Shown: piece by piece, positions 7,440-17,700 of the stretch
Layout: each line of letters begins with the position of its first letter
Numbering within the stretch: the stretch's first letter is position 1
IMG/VR virus record: IMGVR_UViG_3300008255_000196
Span: 1 to 44,243 of that record
DNA length: 44,243 nucleotides
Source: a virus
Taxonomy: Duplodnaviria; Caudoviricetes
Direction: 5' to 3' (one strand)
The notes under the pieces: generated by a model
Databases searched by the model: none
What the model saw: the letters and a program-made list of their open reading frames with translations, nothing else
Told to the model about the DNA's origin: nothing
Position numbers and translations under genes: made by a program

Positions 7440-7468
7440 AGATTAACTAATTACTGATGGATTGTCAA
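7440..7468 (-). promoter_or_regulatory. groES promoter, leaderless-type
   Basis: TTGACA (7463-7468), 17 nt, TAATCT (7440-7445), 7 nt, ATG. Confidence 0.75.
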
Positions 7469-7694
7469 TAGCCTTTCTGGAAACTCGGGTCTTTTTAGTA
7501 GCGTAACCTATTTCTTTGGCACAGGTAAGACAGACACGGATCTGGGCCCAGGCCGGTTTAAGAATAGGCATCGACACATCCATTTGAAAGGAGGTCGTCA
7601 TTTTGTCAGGATTGTAGTTTAGTAATCTGACAGCGTAGCTGTCTGAATAACGAGCGGGTTTTAAACAAATCCCGCAAATGATAGCTCTTTTCAT
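7443..7694 (-). CDS. Small Zn-binding hypothetical protein
   Basis: CGIC...CLTC. Confidence 0.6.
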   Translation of the reverse strand: MKRAIICGICLKPARYSDSYAVRLLNYNPDKMTTSFQMDVSMPILKPAWAQIRVCLTCAKEIGYATKKTRVSRKAIDNPSVIS

Positions 7695-7843
7695 ATTAGC
7701 TTCTTTTTAATATATTTAATATGGCGCTCGATGGCGTCTTGAATGAATCCGGAACGGGATCGACCAACTCTCTTCCTCCAAAATTCCAAAAAGAAATAGA
7801 GTTGTTTTGACATTGAAATAAGTGTGACTTTTGCATCTCTCAT
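7691..7843 (-). CDS. Second RHH (CopG-like) protein, 50 aa, not in the ORF track
   Basis: MRDAKVTLISMSKQLYFFLEFWRKRVGRSRSGFIQDAIERHIKYIKKKLI; TAATG and ATGA overlaps with both neighbours. Confidence 0.7.
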   Translation of the reverse strand: MRDAKVTLISMSKQLYFFLEFWRKRVGRSRSGFIQDAIERHIKYIKKKLI

Positions 7844-8547
7844 TAGAAAGGAACATCATCTTCCTCTAAATCGGTTACTAATTTATCTGACTTAATATCA
7901 AATCCTTTGGCCAGAGCATAAAGAACGGAAAGTATCTTGGAATCTTTCTCAAATTCACCGACGCGAACAACCGGAATTCTCCAAGCCTGTCCTTTAGCAT
8001 TGGTTAGTTCCTTGGTCTCAACCTTACATTTGATAGCGAACATGGGTTGGCGATTGGTTCTAGCGGCTGTAAACAGAGGAGATAGAGCGTAGGAGGCAGA
8101 GGCCCGGAAATTATAGCCAAAGACTGACTCCATGCTGGGATTGGTTGATAGAACACCAATGGTCAAATATTGAGGCATCTCTTCACCTTTCTCTTTATTG
8201 AAAAATGTTCCTTTGGTTGCTATTAGGAAATAACACTCAAAATCGTCGTAGATCTCCATCGTCCCAGTATTGAAGAACTGACCATAGGCCGGATGTTTAC
8301 CATCACGAGTAGAAAAGTCATTAACGTTGCTAGACTTCTGCATCAAGAGAATTTTTGGAGGTTGAATGTCAGCAGGATCCACACCACTCATACCCAAGTT
8401 AGAAAAATCACTGAGATTCTCGGAATAAATCTTCACCTCGGTTTCTTCATTTTTAACTGACGCTTCTATTGGAGTACTAAATGAAGGTGTTTTAACTTCT
8501 GTGTCGTCCATTTTGTTATATAATTTATGATCGGATTTTACATTCAT
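7843..8547 (-). CDS. Probable single-stranded DNA-binding protein
   Basis: Acidic C-terminal DLEEDDVPF tail; beta-rich core; own TTGACA promoter near 8581-8586. Confidence 0.6.
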   Translation of the reverse strand: MNVKSDHKLYNKMDDTEVKTPSFSTPIEASVKNEETEVKIYSENLSDFSNLGMSGVDPADIQPPKILLMQKSSNVNDFSTRDGKHPAYGQFFNTGTMEIYDDFECYFLIATKGTFFNKEKGEEMPQYLTIGVLSTNPSMESVFGYNFRASASYALSPLFTAARTNRQPMFAIKCKVETKELTNAKGQAWRIPVVRVGEFEKDSKILSVLYALAKGFDIKSDKLVTDLEEDDVPF

Positions 8548-8582
8548 CCGTTATATAATAATCTCACAGTTTTATTCACTTG

Positions 8583-8843
8583 TCAAGTGGAGTTTTTAAA
8601 CATAGGAATTGCGCGACCGACTATATGACCTTGTCTGTTTATCTTATTAAGACGAATGTCTTCCGCTCTCTTTAGGAATCTACGTTGAAGTTCGCGAACC
8701 TTTAAAATGGAAGAATCAGTCGGATTTTTCGAGCCATATTCCTTCCTTGCCCAAAGTTCTTTATGTTCCTGGGAACAGTGATACATCCCCTCCAAAGCCG
8801 GGAGATCACATCCCTCTAGATAGCATTTAAATTCTCCGTTCAT
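8583..8843 (-). CDS. Hypothetical protein with N-terminal Cys/His cluster
   Basis: CYLEGC...HCSQEH. Confidence 0.55.
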   Translation of the reverse strand: MNGEFKCYLEGCDLPALEGMYHCSQEHKELWARKEYGSKNPTDSSILKVRELQRRFLKRAEDIRLNKINRQGHIVGRAIPMFKNST

Positions 8844-9111
8844 TTTTCTTTACGAGAACAGCCCCTCGTCATGGTTTTTAAATATTAACATGAACCTAAC
8901 GTCTGCCCCTTAACAAAGTGATTGAATGATAGTTATCTCCGGGGATCATCGATCCAGGTCTGCCTTTACCCTCCCCCCGGCTTTAGCCCTTACCTCCTCC
9001 TGACTTGGTTTTACAACCTCACAGCAGGGACTACAGTACGGTCAGAACATCCGTTCATTCTGTAACTGGAAATCACAAGCGGTATGATTACCGCATTATA
9101 TTTGTAAAGAG

Positions 9112-9199
9112 TGTTATAATATCATTAATGATTTATTAATTTTGCCATTAATGATCATTCAGAACATCAGCCATAAACCACTCGAAAGGGTGGTTTTTT
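9112..9199 (+). ncRNA. Putative ~70-nt antisense small RNA
   Basis: Extended -10 TGTTATAAT (9112-9120) followed by terminator ACCACTC-GAAA-GGGTGGT-TTTTT (~9177-9199); only a 3-codon ORF inside. Confidence 0.55.
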
Positions 9200-9237
9200 G
9201 GATAATAATTCTAAATGCACGTTGTGTAAGTTATTTA

Positions 9238-9531
9238 AAAACATATATCTAGGGTCGAGGCTTGATGATGGACACCCTCGACAGGCGATTATCTAAGCAC
9301 CGCCCTATAGCTAGGCGACCTCCACTCTGCCTTTATCCCAGATATATATTTTCAAAGAACTGAGGACTGCCGGAGAGCCTATGAGTTCTCTCCGACAGGT
9401 CAGTTGTTCTCCAAACTAGGGGTACACCCGATCACAGACCGGAGCCTGTAATTTAATAGCTCAGATATTTGATACCTGCTTGACGAGTACCAAACGTCCC
9501 CCCACTAATTTTAGTAATGGGGGGACATTTG
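9238..9531 (-). ncRNA. Structured non-coding leader/RNA (three hairpin domains plus boxA-like site)
   Basis: 17-bp stem 9491-9531; 11-bp stem 9367-9398; multibranch domain 9238-9352 closed by a ~16-bp stem. G-U pairs work only on the minus strand. GTTCTTTGAAAA at 9349-9360. Confidence 0.5.
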
Positions 9532-9615
9532 AAACCAGTCTAATTTTGTTTGCTGTTTGAATATCAAGCATGAGAGTAACTTAGCATACCCCGTCGAATG
9601 GCTGTCAAGTACCAG

Positions 9616-9846
9616 TTATTCAGCCACTCGTTTGACACTCGAGTACAATCCTGAGGCTGAAAGCCCAAAGAGAATCCCTTTGACGATCGAGCCTTTAACA
9701 TCCCAGGGACCGGGAATAAGGAAAGCGATCGCGATACCAAAGGCTAAGCTCATAAAAGGATAAAGCTTCTCCGAGATAGGAAGAGGTTTAAAAAGCTGTA
9801 CAAGCGCGACTATGACCGGAATTGCGGTCAGTTCTGTGAGTTCCAT
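9616..9846 (-). CDS. Holin
   Basis: 76 aa, 2-3 TM helices, GILFGLSASGLYS motif, in lysis module. Confidence 0.8.
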   Translation of the reverse strand: MELTELTAIPVIVALVQLFKPLPISEKLYPFMSLAFGIAIAFLIPGPWDVKGSIVKGILFGLSASGLYSSVKRVAE

Positions 9847-10199
9847 ATTTTGGTTTTTATTTTATTTAATAGTTTTATTATACTCTCCCAAAGCCCCACA
9901 GTTCTCTCAAAAGCCTTTCGAGGATTCTGTAGGGATATGGTGGTCAATTCCCTAGCCACTGCCTTTTTGACTGCCTTGGGGACTTCTTCCTTTATGGTAT
10001 CCAAGACAATCTGGCGTATTTCTTCTTTAAAGTCTGCCATCTGTTTTAACTGTGCTGTTTGTCCTCCTATGATTTCGTCCTGCTTAATTAAAATATGATC
10101 GATGTCACTTCGGTCATGGTCGAGCTGTTGTCTCATGTCATCTTGCCGTTTGGCCTGAGTCTTCAGTTGCCCCATTATTGCCGTTGTTTCTGTATCCAT
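9828..10199 (-). CDS. Coiled-coil protein in lysis module
   Basis: 123 aa helical ORF between endolysin and holin. Confidence 0.6.
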   Translation of the reverse strand: MDTETTAIMGQLKTQAKRQDDMRQQLDHDRSDIDHILIKQDEIIGGQTAQLKQMADFKEEIRQIVLDTIKEEVPKAVKKAVARELTTISLQNPRKAFERTVGLWESIIKLLNKIKTKIWNSQN

Positions 10200-10230
10200 A
10201 TTTAATCCTTAAGCGGATCGGACTTTGTTA

Positions 10231-11085
10231 CTAAACCATTGAATCAATCGCACCGATAACGGCAGTCTTGACTCTTTGTTTGAGAGAAGCATACTTAATT
10301 TTGAGAGCATTGAGTTCACTTGTAGCATTGTTACTATCGTTTTGCAACTGATCCCATCGATTATACCTCTCAATAGCCAAGCGAGTGAGGGGTTCGTCAA
10401 TAATACCGGCTTGATCAAGCAGGGAAAGCCGAATGTCCGGCGTTGGTACCGGCGGTACAGGCACGACAGGGGTTTTATACCCATATTTCTTCAAGATTAC
10501 TAGACTTCCAAAGAACACATTACCATCTGTATCAACATTTATACCAGGAACCTTTTGTTTGTTAGACCATTGCTGGATGGCGGCTGAGGGAAACTCGCCA
10601 ATATTGAAAGTGTTGTCATTGGGATCGTAGGTATAGGCGGCGATCCAAAGACCATAGTTACCATCAATTACCTCCTGCCAACTAAAGTTCTTTATTTCCG
10701 CTTGGTTCAGATAGATGAAAGGTCTAACTCCGATTTGTTTGAATATCCTATCCATGAACTGACGACACCATGTAACATGAGCTTGATTTTGATTGGGACA
10801 TTCGTAGTCAAGAGCAAACAATTCGCCATTTTTAGGAGTCCCCACTACATTTAGAAAGTAATCTGCCTCGGCCACCGGTGAATTCCCCTTGTCGGGTCTG
10901 GCAAAGTGATAGTAGCCTAGTTGAAGTCTTACCCGTCTAGCTTCTGATTGATTCCTTTTGAATTTAGTATCGGTATAACCAACTCCCTCGGTAGCTTTAA
11001 TTATTACAAACTGCGTATTACTTTTAAGAACATCAAAGTTTATGTCCCCCTGCCATTTGGCGACATCGTTACCAAGTGTAATCAT
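10231..11085 (-). CDS. GH25 muramidase endolysin
   Basis: GNDVAKWQG, VIIKATEG, GYYHFA, ALDYE, LWIAAY, IQQWS, DGNVF; Pro-rich linker then coiled coil. Confidence 0.92.
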   Translation of the reverse strand: MITLGNDVAKWQGDINFDVLKSNTQFVIIKATEGVGYTDTKFKRNQSEARRVRLQLGYYHFARPDKGNSPVAEADYFLNVVGTPKNGELFALDYECPNQNQAHVTWCRQFMDRIFKQIGVRPFIYLNQAEIKNFSWQEVIDGNYGLWIAAYTYDPNDNTFNIGEFPSAAIQQWSNKQKVPGINVDTDGNVFFGSLVILKKYGYKTPVVPVPPVPTPDIRLSLLDQAGIIDEPLTRLAIERYNRWDQLQNDSNNATSELNALKIKYASLKQRVKTAVIGAIDSMV

Positions 11086-11113
11086 TATTCTATTTTATCA
11101 GGTTCCTAATTCT

Positions 11114-11383
11114 TTATTTTATTGAAGCTAAAACTGTTTTGACAAGACCTTGGAGTAGTGTTGAGGTAAACCCGCCGGCCATGCCAGCTCCGATAAGCCA
11201 GCCAAGAACCTTATTTTTAGAGTCCCACAGACTATCAACCTTACTTTTCAGTTCCTTATATTCATCATCGTTGACAACCACAATGTCAAGTTTCTTATTT
11301 ATGGCAGTCATTTTATCCATTATATTAGACTGTCGTTCATCTATTCTCACTATTAAATCATGGTCGGTTTTTTTTGATGTCAT
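11114..11383 (-). CDS. Coiled-coil plus C-terminal TM protein (holin/antiholin-like)
   Basis: DHDLIVRIDER N-terminus and one C-terminal hydrophobic helix, next to endolysin. Confidence 0.6.
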   Translation of the reverse strand: MTSKKTDHDLIVRIDERQSNIMDKMTAINKKLDIVVVNDDEYKELKSKVDSLWDSKNKVLGWLIGAGMAGGFTSTLLQGLVKTVLASIK

Positions 11384-11388
11384 GGTTG

Positions 11389-11724
11389 TTAAGCAATCTG
11401 CCCCTCCGCAGGAGAAAGTGATATAAGGCGTTTAATAAGAGCGGCAACAATCTTGTTAGCTTCTCCCTCCTTGACCTGATCCAAACTGTCCATAGCAGGC
11501 TGTGTAGGCGGCTGTGAGCCACCTGGTTGGGGTACCTGGACACCAGGAGCCTGTCCGGCACCTTGAACTCTCATACGGGCCATAGCGGCCATCGGGTTCT
11601 GGGAAGTTTGAGCATTGGCAACTGGCGCGCCTCCTTGGATTCCAGCTGAAGAAGCCTGTTGACCAGCCATCTGGCGAAAAGCTTCTAGAGCTAGGGGGTA
11701 TCTTGAAGAATTTCCTGGTTGCAT
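11389..11724 (-). CDS. Q/A/P-rich protein, possible internal virion protein
   Basis: Low-complexity 111 aa; TATAAT-6 nt-ATG. Confidence 0.6.
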   Translation of the reverse strand: MQPGNSSRYPLALEAFRQMAGQQASSAGIQGGAPVANAQTSQNPMAAMARMRVQGAGQAPGVQVPQPGGSQPPTQPAMDSLDQVKEGEANKIVAALIKRLISLSPAEGQIA

Positions 11725-11744
11725 GGTTTTATTATATCAAAGGT

Positions 11745-14700
11745 TTATAACACTTTCAGAAAGTCTTCGGCTCGGGCCGCAATGGATCTAGCCCGACGAT
11801 CTTTATTGATAAGTCGACGAGCGTTGATAAAGTTATTATTGGCAATCTCAGCCACCCCTTGATCTTTAAAATAAGCGGCTAAAATACGAGCAGAAACGGC
11901 CTTATCAAGAGCCAAGCTAGGATCGTCAACCAGTTTACTGCCAAGACCCAGCCTTTCACCATACTTCTTGTAGTTGTAATCATGGGTGAGCTGAATAAAA
12001 CCACGACCATAGTAATTATCTCCCCCGCTATATCCCAGGCGTCTAGCATGAGCACGACCATTAATTTCTTCGATCGGTTCAAAAGTTTGAGCTGTTTCGT
12101 GTTCAACGGTGGCAAGAGCATAAGCCATAACGCGCTTGGAATATATTCCCTCATCTTTAAGAGCCTTGGCAATAAGAGGAACATTAGTCATCACACTCTC
12201 CTTATTCTTTACATCGGCAATCCGTGCCACCTGAGTCACCGCAGTATCGCTGATTGGGCTTTCTTCCTTGAATAGGCCTGAGAACTGATCAGTGGTAGCT
12301 CCAGCCACTTCAGGTGCTCCCAGGATACCCTCCTGTTGTGTCATTAACTCTTTCATTTCTTTCATGACGTTAGGAGTAATGATTTTCTGTTCCTTATATC
12401 GATTGATGGTGTTCTGGACTTCTTCGGTAGATTTAGTAGAGTCATTAATTATATCAAGAATAAATTGGGCCTGATCTTCATCATTAAGATCTTTAAGAGC
12501 GCGCTCAAAAGGATCGATACCCATAGAATATTCCTTTAGATATCCACGAATCTTATCTTTGACCGCATCATTCATCTTATTATCCTTGGCAAGACGGATG
12601 AGTTCTCTCTCGATATCATCAGTTTTGACACTCTTGGAAATGAGTTTTTTGGTGACGTCAACAGCCAGCTTGGTCTCTTCATTACGAATACTATCTCTTT
12701 CGTTGTTCATTTCTCGAACCTTATCAGCTGATGTATTACCACCAAAGGTCTTGGAAAGGATAGAAGGATAGGCTTCTTCGTACTCGGGGAGGGACGATCG
12801 ACCAAAAATTAAAGCATTGAGAGCGTTGCGACGGTTGTCATCAACAAATATGGGCCGGCCGGAAGAAGTAAGAAGCATCCCTGAATCTACAATATTAAAG
12901 TAGTCGTCTAAACGAGCCGAAGCAGTCGGTTTAAAAAGACTATCAATCTCTTTAGTAAGGTTATCTTTGTTGTCCTGATTGGTAGGATCACCCATCCAAT
13001 TAAATAACTGGTCAATAAAATCAGACAGAGCCACTCTAGGAATACCAGGGAGCGCGCGAGCCGCCACGTTCCATGATCGGGAGAGAGCGTAGAGAGTAGC
13101 AACTGGAATAGCAATAGCAATAAAGATGAGAAAAACATTGGCTTTGCTTTTGTTTGACAATTTATCAAATTTCTCAATGAGCTCCGGAGTAATACCGGCC
13201 TCTCGACCCATCTCTTTCATAAACTCGGCCGCTCCTTTATCTTTCATAGACACCTTGGCCATGTCGGAATAGACGTTAATCATGTTGATAGGATACTGGT
13301 TAAAAGTGTACAGAAGCCGTCCTAGGGCAGTACGCTGACCTACAGGAGAATATCCCTTGCCGGAAAGGAAGTTAATGTACGCTGAAAATCTGGCAGATAG
13401 TTTTAGTCGGTCTTCTTGAGAAATTTTTATATCCAGCTTCTTCTCAACATTGGTAGTAAGATAAGAATCAAAGCCATACTCGGACTCCAGACGATTGGTG
13501 AATTCAGTTATTGAAGCCAGAATATTGGTGGTATAGTCGATAACCTTGCCATAGTTAAATTCCTTTCCCTTTAACAAAGGAAATATTTCTCCAAAGCGAA
13601 TAGTGGCTTTGGTACTCGGTAATTTGTTTCCTGAAACATAACGGCCAAATTGATAACCAGACTCTTCAAGAGCGACGGAATATAGTTTGCGGGCCTTGCG
13701 ATTCCAAGGAAAGAGAGAGTTATACATCCTGAGCCGTCCCATGAGTTGAGCTTTGGGCCCAATGAAAGGAAGCGCCGACCAAGGTTGTTGTCTGTTGAGA
13801 AGAGCAAAGGAGAAATTAAAAGCAAGCTTAAGAGGATAGAAAATCATGTGAAAGGTGTTGACCAGGTTGGGTATTTGAATACGAGGAATTTCTAAGTAAC
13901 CATTTTTGATAGACTCACGAAGCTCTTGACCAAAGGTAGTGTTGAGAACTGATTTGGCCAGTTCAGGATCGACCTTAATCCTCTTAGGGAAGATAGAGCC
14001 AATATTCTTATTTATCGCGCTACCCAAAGCTCGGAAGAATCTTTCTCCCTCCGGTAGCATGTCATAAATATCCAACATCACCATCTCACGAGCATAGGCA
14101 GAAGCCGGATCAAAAACCTTAAAGGTATCATCAACCCTCTGTTGCATCAAAGCTCCCCAGAGATGTTTCTTAATCCATGAAGATGAAGAATTGGCCCAAA
14201 TATCAATTATACGTGCTGGGTCATGCTCGAACAGACCGGCGGCAAAGTCTCTGGGAGTCTTGGTGCGACTCTCCCAGAATTTGTTGCCTCCAAACAGGTT
14301 GGCCGCCATAGCAAGATTTTCCTCTACTATCCAAGGGATATAAGGCTTTTTGGCAACAAGGGGAGGTTGACCTTTGGCCACCCTTATACGATTAACCAGA
14401 GCAATATTGGCTTCGGATAGCTCTTGAATATAATTAGCGACCTGTTTGGCACGTTCTGTGATTGTGCCCTTGTAGTATTTATCAGCACCGGACTGGAGGA
14501 ATAAAACTTGTTTACGCTCGGCAATGGTCAGATCTTTCATGGGAGTAGAAACAGCCATCTTCATTCTTTCTCCATGAACATTAGCAATATCAATGATCCG
14601 GCGCATGGGTGAGTGAAATGACTCCTTAATACCAAGTAATTTGGTAGCGGTATCTTCAGAAACCATTCTGACACCAATAGATAATAGATTACGAATTAAT

Positions 14701-17700
14701 CCTGGCTCCATTTTCTGAGGTCTGGGCAGATTACGCATTAAACCGACCAGATTTTCAATATCTCCCACCGTCTTGTTCATGATGGCCAGAGAACCGTACT
14801 TCTCCTCCATCTCGGTATCCTTGGCCACAAAACGATCACCAATAAGGCGCTCACGCCTTTCGCTCTCGGCCATCTCACGAGTAAGTCGAATTTTGCTTTC
14901 GATAATATCCCAATTGCGAGGCTGTAGCCAATTGATCAGTTTTTTGCCGTCTTCAAAGGTCATCTTGGACATAGAGGTCTCACCAAGCAATTCATCCAGA
15001 ACCGGAATCATTTCCCTATTTTTAATAGACAAAACCTTACGTAAAGCATTAATCTTTCTCACCTGACTCGGCCAAATGGACTTACCCTTGGGAGCAAACT
15101 CGGAAGTATTTCGGATGTCTCGGTAGAGTTTGAGAAGCTCCTTGGGAGCCGCCGCAGGATCATCCTTGAGAGCCTTGATGGCCATCTCCACCTCTTTGAG
15201 ATTAAGCAACCGGCCACCCTTAAGACCATAATCAAGATTGCTGATAACCATTTCCCGCCGGACCGCCGCTCCAATAGGGTTGATACCTTTGATAACAACC
15301 ATCCCCTCGTTGGAGAGAGCATTGATACGTCGCACAATATTGGTAAGATGAGGGGCTTCCCTGCCCGCTTTCTCTACCTGAACCTCGGGGTCGTTGTTAA
15401 AGAAAACAAATTTGACTCCTCGCTGATTGAGTTTATCCAGCTTGTCTAAGAGTTTCATAAATCCCTCGGCACGTTCCATAGTTGACCCCACACCATAGCC
15501 GGAGGACCAAAGATAGGGAGGATCAATCCACAGGAAGTCTGAGGGTTTGCCCTCTTTAATGTAATGATCAATGAGAGCAAAAGCATCTTGATTAGAAGTT
15601 TTAATACCGGTAAAGGTCTTGCTGAAATTAGGAATGGCTTGAATAAGGTTGGACATTTTGCCGGCGGTAATCTCACCAGTACGACCACCCAAAGCTTCAA
15701 TCAGTTGTGCCGCAGTCTTGAAGTCAGGATCGCTCTTATATTCTTTCTTAAAATGCTCCAGCCAATCGGATCCAGGATTATCAACTAGGTATTTACCAAC
15801 CATTGATACATATTTGTTTAGTTTTACAGGATCGACTTTGGCCATGTCGATGGCTTTAAAGATGTTTGGATCGAGTTCGTTATAGGTAATGGTTGCCTGG
15901 GGAAAGAGTTTCTTGGAAAGGTTACTCATCAGACCGGAGCCACCGAAAGTATCAACCACGTTCTTAATCTCGGACAAATGGCTGACATCGGTACCGGCAA
16001 TAGAGGGGAGGTCTTTTTGCTTGATTCCAAGAACATCCAAAACATACCCGATCATGCCACGCTTATTACCCATTCTGATAAGGGGAATGTTAGTCTGAAC
16101 CCATTCACGGTTACCCGTGCCATGAGTAGAGTATTTACCATATGGGATGTATGACTTACCCTCGGCCGGAAGATTCATGTCTGTTCGGATAATTTCGATC
16201 TCCTTAGCAATCCGCCTGGAAATTTTGCTATCAAGATCCATGATAAGGTTTTGAAGAGCATCGACCGATCCTTTAAACATGGGATCCTCTTTCATCATCA
16301 TGAATAAGGAGTAGTTCTGTTTCCAGTTATTGCCTATTTCATATCCCAGGGTGTTCTTAATCTCCTGAGTAGCTAGAGCACGAACCTGTCTGATCTTAGA
16401 CTTATCGGCTGAAAATTCGGGTTTGTTAACCAGCTCCCTCAAGTTGTTTATTCTCGCGACGTAATCATCCTGATCTTTGGCTTCGGTTAAGTAGTTCTCG
16501 AAGTTTTCCTTAGTCATCTGTCGCTCCAGCTTAGGAATGGTCAGCTTGGGTGGCTTAATCGGCTCAGGAACCGCCGGAGGGAGGAATGTGGCACCTTCAC
16601 CCGCAGGAGAGGGAACAATCGCTTCTGAGGCAGGCAAAGCAACCGCACCGGGTTCTTCCAGTTGAGTAAGACCGGCAATATCTGGAGGAATTGGAGATGC
16701 TGGGAGTTCCGGGGGTGTAACCACTTCTCCGGGAGTTCCGACAGGAACAACTTCTTTGCCAGTAGTGGGTTTCGCTTTCTTCTCGGCGGTTTTCTTCCAA
16801 AGGTCCTTGGCCCACTTTATAACCCCCTCATAAGATGACATAGCCTCTATCGGTGCTTCGGCGGAGGTGAGGTTCTTGTAGGCATCCATGAACGCCTTGA
16901 ATTCAGCAGGATTTCCACCTTTGTCTGGATGAAGTACCTTGGCTGTTTGAGCAAACTTGGTTCTTAACGTTGCCGGATTTTCGTAGTCCTTAAGAGCAAA
17001 GCCGTACTTCTTTAATAGAGATCGGTTAGTGGCAATTTGAGTCTTAGGGAGGCCGGATAACGGTTTGGGGGATAATAATCCGAATACAGCACCAACCCCA
17101 AAGGTAGTGGCCAGGTCCTTGGGGTTTACATCTTCTCCCCTGAGTTTAGACAAACCGGCTTGAATTCCAGTAAATAAAACACCAGTAGCAACTGCCGTCT
17201 TGGGAGAGAATCCTGGTTTAACAAGTTTAACTGGAAGTCCACTGGTGAACAAACCACCCATAACAGACTCGGCGGTCGCGGCGATTCCCTTGCCCACTTT
17301 ACCACCCTTGTACAGATCCGGTTTGATTAGGTCTGATAGAGTTACGACTTCCAAAGGCTTGGCTCTGGGTTCAGTCGCTTCAAAGGCTCCGTAAGTCTTC
17401 CCCCCTTTCTTGACGGTCGGAGAAAATAATCCCCTCTCGGTCATGACCGGAATATTACCAACAGTTTTAGCAACTTCTCCTGGGGTAAATTTTCCTCCTG
17501 GTTTAATACTGGCAGAAGCCTGAGAAACAGGAGGTTCAATTTGAGCCGACTTTAACTGATCAATCTTTATTCTAGCCTCTTGAATCTTCCTTTGTTTCTC
17601 TTCTTCTGCCTTTCGACGGCGTTCTTGTTCAGCCCGGGTATCTTTAAATAGACCGGTGATGGTCTGTTTAACTTGTATGAATAGGTTGCCTAAGTTTATA

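Noticed and set aside
9238-9352. Hammerhead or other known ribozyme/riboswitch
   Set aside because: No CUGAUGA/GAAA core or other recognisable consensus on either strand; left as unclassified structure
9461-9571. 36-codon ORF MLDIQTANK... after the extended -10
   Set aside because: It runs through a 17-bp GC-rich hairpin and has no recognisable features; could be a leader peptide but is unsupported
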